From NCBI GenBank assembly GCA_036158955.1, contig JAYYFI010000012.1, positions 1,945-65,944 of the forward strand: a stretch of 64,000 nt of DNA. Reading direction: 5' to 3'. This DNA comes from Pseudomonadota bacterium. GTDB lineage: Bacteria > Pseudomonadota > Gammaproteobacteria > Ga0077536. How positions within the stretch are numbered: the first letter of the stretch is position 1; each line of letters starts with the position of its first letter. The position numbers were made by a program, and so were the translations under genes. This document shows, one piece after another, positions 57,388 through 64,000 of the stretch. The notes beneath the pieces are model-generated. The model searched no databases. It saw nothing but the letters and a program-made list of their open reading frames with translations, and was not told the DNA's origin.

Positions 57388-58422
57388 TTGGAAATTTATA
57401 ATATTTTAAGGCCGATTATTTTTAGATTTGATCCTGAGTTTTCACACAGGTTTATGTTAAATAGTTTAAAATTATTCGGGAGCATTAGATTAGATAAAAA
57501 AGATGACACTATTTTAGAAAATTGTTTATTCGGCAAAAAATTTTCAAACCCTTTCGGTTTGGCGGCAGGGTTTGATAAAAATGCAGAAGTAATTTCTGGA
57601 ATAGGCAACCTAGGATTTGGATTTACGGAAGTTGGCACCATTACGCCAAAACCTCAGAGAGGAAATCCTCGCCCAAGACTTTTCCGGCTAAAGTCTGATG
57701 AAGCAATTATTAACAGGTTGGGTTTTAATAACCTAGGCTTTGATTACGCTTATAATAATTTAAAAAAAGTTAAGCGAACTTTACCGGTCGGCATTAATTT
57801 GGGAGCAAATAGAGAAACTTTAAATAAAGTCGGAGATTATTTGGATGGTGCTCAAAAATTCGATAACTTTGCAGATTATCTGACTATTAATATCTCATCA
57901 CCAAATACTCCAGGTTTACGTGATCTACAACAGCGTGATGAAATGGATATACTTTTAAATGCGTTAAAAACAAAGAAAATCAAATCAAAAATATTTATCA
58001 AAATTGCTCCCGATTTGGCCGATGAGGATTTGCAAGACGTTATAAGCATTGCCCTAAAATATCAAGTTCAGGGGTTAGTAGTTTGTAATACCACAATAAA
58101 AAGAAATTACTATTTGAAAGATAAATTTTCCAACGAAAAAGGAGGGCTTTCTGGGCCGCCCTTAGTTGATATATCGGCGAGGATGGTATCTGATATTTTT
58201 TCAGTTTCAGGTGATCGGTTGACTCTGATTGGCGTTGGAGGAGTATCCAACGGTAGAGAGGCTTATGAGAGAATTGCTAAGGGAGCTAGTTTATTACAAC
58301 TCTACACCGCTTTGGTCTACCAGGGGCCATTTTTGATTCAAAAATTGAAAAAAGAACTCGTCCAACTGATGAAGGACGATGGAATAAGCGATATCAACTC
58401 TTTAATAGGTGCAGCGTGTTAA
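57388..58422 (+). CDS. pyrD: dihydroorotate dehydrogenase (quinone), class 2
   Basis: 344 aa with a TTG start. Contains NPFGLAAGFDKNAE, GFGFTEVGTITPKPQRGNPRPRLFRL, IINRLGFNN and GGLSGPPL. Confidence 0.93.
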   Translation: MEIYNILRPIIFRFDPEFSHRFMLNSLKLFGSIRLDKKDDTILENCLFGKKFSNPFGLAAGFDKNAEVISGIGNLGFGFTEVGTITPKPQRGNPRPRLFRLKSDEAIINRLGFNNLGFDYAYNNLKKVKRTLPVGINLGANRETLNKVGDYLDGAQKFDNFADYLTINISSPNTPGLRDLQQRDEMDILLNALKTKKIKSKIFIKIAPDLADEDLQDVISIALKYQVQGLVVCNTTIKRNYYLKDKFSNEKGGLSGPPLVDISARMVSDIFSVSGDRLTLIGVGGVSNGREAYERIAKGASLLQLYTALVYQGPFLIQKLKKELVQLMKDDGISDINSLIGAAC

Positions 58423-58438
58423 AAGACAAATTTTTTCA

Positions 58439-59413
58439 ATGAAGAAAAATATTTTAATAACAGGGGCTAGCGGTTTCCTTGGCTCTAATTTAGTAGAGTT
58501 GTATATGAGGGATAAAGTTTATAAAATTTATGCTGCCTCAAGGAAAAAAATCAACGCTCAGTATAACGATTGTTTTTTTCTTAATGATTTTGATTTAAAC
58601 AAAAATAAAAACTTAACTTTAAAATATCTTAATATTGATTACATTATTCATTGCGCAGGGGTTGCCCATGATTGTTACGACTCTCCACAATCCCTTTTAA
58701 ATCTAAATGCTGTGAACGTCCAAGGAACTATAAGGTTAGCCCGCCAGGCAATTCAGAATCGTGTAAAAAAGTTTATTTTTATTAGCAGTGTAAAGGTTTA
58801 TGGCGAGGATAGTAGAAATAGAATTCTTCAGGCAGACGACACCCCAGGCCCAATTGGACCCTACGCTTCGTCAAAACTCTTAGCAGAAAATGCGTTATGG
58901 GAGATGACCAAGAATACTGAAACGAGATTGATAGTTATTCGCCCTCCATTGATATATGGACCGGCAGTGAAAGCAAATTTTCTTAAATTAACTAAATTAA
59001 TTAGTCGATTACCAATTATTCCAGTAAATTGTTTTTCAGAACCTCGTGATTATGTTTACGTTGAAAATTTATATGATTTTATTAATGTTTGTATAGTAAA
59101 TCCACTTGCGGATGATCAAACTTTCCTGGTATCAGATGGTAAGGATATCACGTTTGATCAATTAATCTTGTCTTTTCTTAAAATCCTTAATAGGAAGCCT
59201 TTGTTGTTACCAGTGCCTCTGGCTATGATTAAGCTTTGTGCCTTCCTTGCTGGAAAAAGCAGTGAGCTTAAAAAAGTGATGGTTCCCTTCCAGGTTTCAA
59301 TTGAGAAAAATAAAAGATTATTGGATTGGGAGCCAAAATTTACAATGAATGAAGGTCTTATAAAAACACTTATTGATAGACAGCCTTTTGGAAAACAAGA
59401 AATAAAATCATGA
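58439..59413 (+). CDS. NAD-dependent sugar-nucleotide epimerase/dehydratase (extended SDR)
   Basis: Start moved to ATG 58439 (MKKNILITGASGFLGSNL Rossmann motif), 16 nt after the pyrD stop. YASSK catalytic YxxxK motif. The track GTG 58409 overlaps pyrD. Confidence 0.85.
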   Translation: MKKNILITGASGFLGSNLVELYMRDKVYKIYAASRKKINAQYNDCFFLNDFDLNKNKNLTLKYLNIDYIIHCAGVAHDCYDSPQSLLNLNAVNVQGTIRLARQAIQNRVKKFIFISSVKVYGEDSRNRILQADDTPGPIGPYASSKLLAENALWEMTKNTETRLIVIRPPLIYGPAVKANFLKLTKLISRLPIIPVNCFSEPRDYVYVENLYDFINVCIVNPLADDQTFLVSDGKDITFDQLILSFLKILNRKPLLLPVPLAMIKLCAFLAGKSSELKKVMVPFQVSIEKNKRLLDWEPKFTMNEGLIKTLIDRQPFGKQEIKS

Positions 59414-59700
59414 GAAATATTCCGGTATGTGAACTTTGTGGGCGTGAGATACCGGAACACGTGCCTCAAAGTAGGCATCACCTTATCCCAAGGTCAAAAG
59501 GAGGCAAGAAAAGCCCGACTATCTTACTGCATCACCAATGCCATAAGGAAATTCATTCTAAATTCTCTGACTCAGCACTGGCAATGAGATATAATTCTGC
59601 AAATAAATTAAGAAACTCTAGTGAATTAAAGAAGTTTATTGCATGGATTAGAAAAAGACCTCCAGAATTTCTCTCTAGAGTGAAAAAATCAGCCAGATAG
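59410..59700 (+). CDS. small HNH-motif nuclease-like protein
   Basis: 96 aa with CELCG...HHLIPRSKGG...HHQCHKEIH (HNH/zinc pattern). ATGA overlap with the epimerase stop. Confidence 0.7.
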   Translation: MRNIPVCELCGREIPEHVPQSRHHLIPRSKGGKKSPTILLHHQCHKEIHSKFSDSALAMRYNSANKLRNSSELKKFIAWIRKRPPEFLSRVKKSAR

Positions 59701-59761
59701 TGGAATTAGGTGCAAGGTTTAACTGAGATTTTCCGACCATTATATAGCGCGAGTAATTGAA

Positions 59762-60475
59762 ATGAATAAAATGATCAAATTCATTAAGAAGTTTTTGAAA
59801 AAAATAAGAGAGCTATTTAACTTTTTTCTTATTCCATTTAATCTTTGCCTTGTTCATAGAAAAGCAAATCAAGATTTTGTCTTATATGAATATAATTCTT
59901 ACGATGAATATCGTAAAACCCAAATAGACCATAATATTCGTAAACTTTCTAAGGTATGGGCAGATGATAAAACTTTAGATAGAGTTGCAGAAAAAGCATT
60001 GAGCATAAAATCAGGCGAGATAATCAAAGGAATTTGTCACGGCACAAGAAATGGTTTCGAACAAAATTATTTGACCTCAAATTTCGAAAGAATCCATGCT
60101 ATCGGAACCGATATTTCAGAGTCTGCCCAGGAGTTCCCTTTATCATTCGTTTGGGATTTTCATGAGAGGAAAGCTGAGTGGGTGAACTCTTTTGATTTTG
60201 TTTACAGTAACTCTCTTGACCAGGCATGGAATCCTAAGAAAGCAATAACCTCTTGGTTAGAGCAGATTAATTCTTCGGGTACAGTAATCATTGAACTTAC
60301 AGTGAATCACGGGCCCGAGGGTGCGTCTGTTATGGACCCTTTCGGTGTTCGCCCAATAGCGTTTCCATATGTTTTGTCGGACTGGTTTGGGGATGAATTG
60401 AAGCTTTCACACTCTGTTGAAAAAAAGTCAAATATGGACCTCGAGGCTTGGCTTTTTTTTATTTCAAAGGTCTAA
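59762..60475 (+). CDS. putative SAM-dependent methyltransferase-like protein (not a DNA methyltransferase type)
   Basis: 237 aa with a hydrophobic N-terminus, GICHGTRNGFEQ, IGTDISESA and FDFVYSNSLDQAW, resembling a class I methyltransferase subfamily. No DPPY or PCQ/ENV DNA-methyltransferase motifs. Confidence 0.5.
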   Translation: MNKMIKFIKKFLKKIRELFNFFLIPFNLCLVHRKANQDFVLYEYNSYDEYRKTQIDHNIRKLSKVWADDKTLDRVAEKALSIKSGEIIKGICHGTRNGFEQNYLTSNFERIHAIGTDISESAQEFPLSFVWDFHERKAEWVNSFDFVYSNSLDQAWNPKKAITSWLEQINSSGTVIIELTVNHGPEGASVMDPFGVRPIAFPYVLSDWFGDELKLSHSVEKKSNMDLEAWLFFISKV

Positions 60476-60624
60476 AATAGGAAAAAAGCACTAAAAATCC
60501 AAAATGCCAGCCGAAATGGTCGAACTAAAAATTTTTACTTAACCACTAGCAAATTGATTAAATTTATGGCTTAATACCAGGTAATTAGGTATGAATTAAC
60601 CTTATTTAAAACCCGGAGGCATAT

Positions 60625-60717
60625 ATGGAATCAATAGAAGGTTTGATAGTTATATTATTTTGGGCAGTGGTCCTAACACGTTTTTTGCCAAGGAAAAATC
60701 TTACGAGGCGGTCATGA
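60625..60717 (+). CDS. hypothetical 30-aa hydrophobic peptide
   Basis: ATG preceded by GGAGG 5 nt upstream. Product MESIEGLIVILFWAVVLTRFLPRKNLTRRS. Too short for the ORF track. The stop overlaps the next ATG (ATGA). Confidence 0.3.
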   Translation: MESIEGLIVILFWAVVLTRFLPRKNLTRRS

Positions 60718-60917
60718 TTAGGTTAACACTAAGTTTTGTGAGACTATTTTTTCTTTGGCCGCTTGGTAAGGCTCGGTTCAGTATGATACAAATCGGTTTA
60801 GGATTAATTTCTAGATACATTAAAAAAAGTGTCCGTAACTCTAAAACCGATCCTGAGATGAGAAAAAGGGAGCTTAAAGATATTTCATCTACCTTAAGGT
60901 TAATAGTAGGCGACTAA
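60714..60917 (+). CDS. hypothetical 67-aa small membrane protein
   Basis: In-frame ATG within the track ORF 60660-60917. Product MIRLTLSFVRLFFLWPLGKARFSMIQIGLGLISRYIKK... with a basic C-terminus. The start is ambiguous (TTG 60660 or ATG 60714). Confidence 0.35.
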   Translation: MIRLTLSFVRLFFLWPLGKARFSMIQIGLGLISRYIKKSVRNSKTDPEMRKRELKDISSTLRLIVGD

Positions 60918-61018
60918 AACCCCAGTTTTTTCTTGTGAGTCATTAATCTCAATTCTATTTGCGGTAGATTACAACAATGCTATTTAGAGTTTTATTATAA
61001 GAGATAGGAGCAGGGATT

Positions 61019-61705
61019 ATGAAAGAAAGCGGAGACTATTTTTTCAGTTCAAATGAAATTTCGGAAATGGAAAAAAAAACCGTCGATAGAATTATTGAAG
61101 CGATTGATAGCGGGGATTACGATAAAGCTAAAAAACTAACCCGTCGAATGTACAATGAGTTCTTATCGATGCATGATTTGTATCGTAACTGGGTGACAAG
61201 TTTGCTTAGCGAAATCGGTAAGAGATACGGAGATCAGGATCTAGAAGTAATCATGAATGAAAGCTGCAAGTCTTGGTGGCGTCCTATAAGACAAAAAATA
61301 AAACAAAGTTCAAACGACCTGAAAGCGCAAATCAAGATGTTCATATCGGGTCTTCATGGCCACTTGCAAACCCTTGAAATCAGCGAGGATTCAGAAAAAG
61401 TAACGATTAAAATGAAGCCTTGTGGAAGCGGTGGAAGACTAGTACAAGAAGGTAAATACAAAGGTGAAAATGCTTTTTTAATGTTAAAGAAACCTCAAAA
61501 AATTACTTACGGAAGGAAGGACTTTCCTGTTTATTGCGCACACGAGGCTGCAATGGAAAATGTCGATTTTGAGGACGAGGGTAAACCATTTGTAGTTGTA
61601 GAACCAGCGAAAAAAATTGGAAAAGATTACTGCTCTTTCATTTGTTATAAAAAAGATTCCTTGGTACCCGAAAAATTTTACACGCGGCTGGGCTATAAGA
61701 AGTAA
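61019..61705 (+). CDS. conserved-looking hypothetical protein with a Cys/His cluster
   Basis: 228 aa. ATG preceded by AGGAGCAGGGA. Helical N-terminal half and a C-terminal half with KPCGSGGR, VYCAHE and DYCSFICY. I do not recognise the family with confidence. Confidence 0.7.
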   Translation: MKESGDYFFSSNEISEMEKKTVDRIIEAIDSGDYDKAKKLTRRMYNEFLSMHDLYRNWVTSLLSEIGKRYGDQDLEVIMNESCKSWWRPIRQKIKQSSNDLKAQIKMFISGLHGHLQTLEISEDSEKVTIKMKPCGSGGRLVQEGKYKGENAFLMLKKPQKITYGRKDFPVYCAHEAAMENVDFEDEGKPFVVVEPAKKIGKDYCSFICYKKDSLVPEKFYTRLGYKK

Positions 61706-61728
61706 TTACTTGCATTGGTAGATTAAGG

Positions 61729-62187
61729 TTGAATCGAAGTCAAATAATGCGAAATGCTTTGGCTTTAGCAGAAAAAGCTGCTAGTCAGGGAGAAGTTCCG
61801 GTTGGAGCGATTGTTCTCAAGGGTACTGAAGTAATTGCATCATCGTTTAATAAAACGAGGCAGTTAAATGATCCTACAGCGCATGCCGAAATTTTGGCCC
61901 TGAGGGCTGCCGCCCAAATATTGGGAAATTATAGGTTGCCTGAAAGTTTATTGTATACCACACTCGAACCCTGTCCGATGTGTGCAGGAGCAATAATTGA
62001 AGCTCGAATAAAGACTCTGATTTTTGGGGCTTACGATCTAAAAAATGGAGCTGCTGGGAGTGTCATTAATCTAGTTTCAAAGAATACTAAAATTGAAATA
62101 ATAGGGGGTGTGGAGGAAGCTGCTTGTAGCTTGTTACTCACGAAGTTTTTCAATGAGAAAAGAATCAATGAAAAAAGGATTAAATGA
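61729..62187 (+). CDS. tadA: tRNA adenosine(34) deaminase
   Basis: 152 aa with VPVGAIV, HAEILALR and PCPMCAGA CDA-fold zinc motifs. TTG start; an in-frame ATG at 61747 is an alternative. Confidence 0.9.
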   Translation: MNRSQIMRNALALAEKAASQGEVPVGAIVLKGTEVIASSFNKTRQLNDPTAHAEILALRAAAQILGNYRLPESLLYTTLEPCPMCAGAIIEARIKTLIFGAYDLKNGAAGSVINLVSKNTKIEIIGGVEEAACSLLLTKFFNEKRINEKRIK

Positions 62188-62681
62188 CTAACCTTAATAA
62201 AAATCTAAAACAATTAGCCGTTAAATTGGGCGAGCATTTAAGCACTTCTAGGTTGAGAATAGCGGCTGCTGAATCTTGCACAGGCGGTTTATTTGCTAAA
62301 ACAATAACGGATGTTCCCGGTTGTTCTACTTGGTTTGATTGTTCGCTCGTAACTTATTCGAACGAAGCGAAGATGAATTTCTTAGGTGTCAAAAAATCTT
62401 CATTGACAAATTATGGGGCTGTCAGTGAGGAAGTGGTTCGCGAGATGTCCGAAGGTATATCTCATAGAGCCTCGACTGAGATAGGGATCGCTGTCAGCGG
62501 TATTGCGGGCCCAGATGGTGGTAGCAGCGAAAAACCGGTAGGAACTGTTTGTTTTGGATTTAAATATTTTGAAACAACGGAAACTTTCACAAAATTTTTT
62601 GAAGGTGATAGAGAAAATATTAGAATACTTAGTACTGAATTTTTATTGGTACAATTACTGGCATATCTTACAGCAGATTGA
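62184..62681 (+). CDS. pncC: nicotinamide-nucleotide amidase (stand-alone CinA C-terminal domain)
   Basis: 165 aa with AAAESCTGGLFAKTITDVPGCSTWF and GIAGPDGG. ATGA overlap with tadA. Lies immediately upstream of recA as in E. coli. Confidence 0.88.
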   Translation: MTNLNKNLKQLAVKLGEHLSTSRLRIAAAESCTGGLFAKTITDVPGCSTWFDCSLVTYSNEAKMNFLGVKKSSLTNYGAVSEEVVREMSEGISHRASTEIGIAVSGIAGPDGGSSEKPVGTVCFGFKYFETTETFTKFFEGDRENIRILSTEFLLVQLLAYLTAD

Positions 62682-62735
62682 TAGTCTATAAAGCTGAGAG
62701 TGCGTTTGAATATGGAAGCAATTAAAGGAATATTA

Positions 62736-63761
62736 ATGGATCAAAATAAAGAAAAAGCGTTAAAAATGGCCCTATCTCAAATTGAAAAGCAATTTGGATC
62801 AGGTTCCATAATGCGGATGGGAAATGAAAATGAGGTAGCACCAGTTGATGCCGTTTCTACTGGTTCCTTGAGTATTGACATAGCTCTAGGTATTGGAGGT
62901 TTTCCTAGGGGTAGGGTAGTTGAAATATACGGTCCAGAATCCTCTGGAAAAACTACATTAACTTTGCATGCAGTGGCAGAGATTCAAAAAGCGGGGGGCA
63001 CTGCAGCTTTTGTAGATGCGGAGCACGCACTTGATCCAAGCTATGCCGAAAAAGTCGGTGTAAACGTTGAAGATCTATTAGTCTCTCAACCGGATACGGG
63101 TGAACAAGCTTTGGAGATAACTGATATGTTGGTTCGCTCAGCCGCAGTCGACTTGGTTGTCGTTGACTCTGTTGCGGCTTTAACGCCAAAAGCTGAGATA
63201 GAAGGGGATATGGGAGATACACACGTAGGGTTGCAAGCTCGATTAATGTCACAGGCTTTAAGAAAATTAACCGGGAATATCAAACGTTCGAATACTTTAG
63301 TCATATTTATTAATCAAATTAGAATGAAGATAGGGGTGATGTTCGGGAATCCTGAAACCACGACCGGAGGTAATGCACTAAAATTTTATTCTTCTGTCAG
63401 AATTGATATAAGAAGAACGGGGGCTTTGAAAAAAGGCGATGAGATTATTGGTAACGAGACACGAGTGAAAGTCGTCAAAAACAAAGTGGCCCCGCCGTTT
63501 AAACAAGCTAACTTTGACATAATGTATAATGAAGGTATATCGAGGCAGAGTGAATTAATTGAGCTGGGGGTGCAAAATAATATAATCGAAAAAACTGGTG
63601 CTTGGTATAGCTATGATAGCGAAAGGTTGGGTCAAGGCAAAGAGAACGTCCGCATTTATTTAAAAGAAAATCCTGAGCTCGCCCAAGAGATAGAAAACAA
63701 AATAAGGGCTATATTTTTCACAAATAAAACTGTTGAAGTTGAGGATATTGAGGATTCTTGA
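62736..63761 (+). CDS. recA: recombinase RecA
   Basis: Start moved to ATG 62736 ([29 protein letters not shown]) with AAGGA upstream. Walker [10 protein letters not shown]. The track GTG 62700 adds 12 residues not typical of RecA. Confidence 0.97.
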   Translation: MDQNKEKALKMALSQIEKQFGSGSIMRMGNENEVAPVDAVSTGSLSIDIALGIGGFPRGRVVEIYGPESSGKTTLTLHAVAEIQKAGGTAAFVDAEHALDPSYAEKVGVNVEDLLVSQPDTGEQALEITDMLVRSAAVDLVVVDSVAALTPKAEIEGDMGDTHVGLQARLMSQALRKLTGNIKRSNTLVIFINQIRMKIGVMFGNPETTTGGNALKFYSSVRIDIRRTGALKKGDEIIGNETRVKVVKNKVAPPFKQANFDIMYNEGISRQSELIELGVQNNIIEKTGAWYSYDSERLGQGKENVRIYLKENPELAQEIENKIRAIFFTNKTVEVEDIEDS

Positions 63762-64000
63762 TGAAAGCAGGCGCGGATTACAAAACCGTATTCAAAAGAG
63801 CACTGCGAATTCTTGCTCGAAGAGACCATGCAAAAAATGAATTAAAAACTAAGTTAGCAAGTAAAACTCAGGATATTGAGGTCGTAGATAAGGTCCTCGA
63901 TAAATTAGAAGAAAATGGTTATTTGGACGATAGAGCTTTTGCTGTTAAATATTTGAGATATAGATCAGAGTTGGGATTTGGTCCAAAGAAGATATTTTCG
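63761..64000 (+). CDS. recX: recombination regulator RecX (N-terminal part; continues past the window)
   Basis: The ATG shares one base with the recA stop (TGATG). Product [32 protein letters not shown]...GYLDDRAFAVKYLRYRSELGFGPKKI fits the RecX repeat pattern. The frame is still open at 64000. Confidence 0.8.
   Translation, partial: MKAGADYKTVFKRALRILARRDHAKNELKTKLASKTQDIEVVDKVLDKLEENGYLDDRAFAVKYLRYRSELGFGPKKIFS

Noticed and set aside
59410-60475. HNH nuclease plus methyltransferase-like gene as a minimal restriction-modification or defence pair.
   Set aside because: The methyltransferase-like protein lacks the DPPY/NPPY and PCQ/ENV DNA-methyltransferase motifs. The HNH gene is coupled to the upstream epimerase instead. 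There is no specificity, helicase or ATPase partner. I kept the components as low-to-moderate findings but not as a claimed system.
60660-60713. The track start TTG 60660 for the 85-aa ORF.
   Set aside because: It has no SD, and the region is covered in another frame by an SD-led ATG ORF (60625). The start is unresolved, so I reported the ATG 60714 version with low confidence and flagged a possible frameshift.
62152-62181. Imperfect 15-nt tandem duplication at the tadA 3-prime end (AATGAGAAAAGAATC / AATGAAAAAAGGATT, 12 of 15 identical), encoding NEKRI-NEKRI.
   Set aside because: This is a small slippage duplication in a non-conserved basic C-terminal tail, with no evident functional significance.
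61729-62187. The deaminase gene as a possible defence or editing deaminase.
   Set aside because: At 152 aa, with HAE and PCxxC motifs and a position upstream of pncC-recA, it fits housekeeping tRNA-A34 deaminase TadA. No extra domains are present.

Overview
About 95% of this AT-rich window is coding, and it is mostly core gammaproteobacterial housekeeping genes packed with very short spacers. In order: topA (3-prime part), tsaC, a tRNA-Tyr/Gly/Thr - tuf - tRNA-Trp unit, secE-nusG, rplKAJL, rpoBC, then one unbroken block rpsL-rpsG-fusA-S10-spc-alpha ending at rplQ (15.5-31.8 kb). Next come gatCAB (minus strand) divergent from mreBCD-mrdA-rodA-mltB-rlpA-dacA, then dat, yadGH (minus), lipBA, xseA (minus) divergent from guaBA. 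The window ends with an 11-kb co-directional run holding less predictable genes: a DUF5665-like gene, an AlsS-like TPP enzyme, an aldehyde dehydrogenase, two non-DNA methyltransferase-like proteins, a GFA protein, pyrD, an epimerase, a small HNH protein, two tiny ORFs and a Cys-bearing unknown, followed by tadA-pncC-recA-recX. Gene order resembles Pseudomonas-type Gammaproteobacteria. The small spacers, many overlapping stop/start codons and frequent TTG/GTG starts suggest a streamlined genome, but the taxon cannot be fixed without a database search. I found no CRISPR array, transposase, integrase, prophage, recognisable toxin-antitoxin pair or known defence system. The only places where undescribed biology is plausible are 43.5-46.2 kb (the dacA-dat overlap) and 52.3-61.7 kb, and all of those proposals are inference. 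I refined several ORF-track starts by hand using Shine-Dalgarno (SD) spacing and N-terminal alignment recalled from E. coli or Bacillus orthologues. I added rpmJ, which is too short for the track, and four tRNAs.
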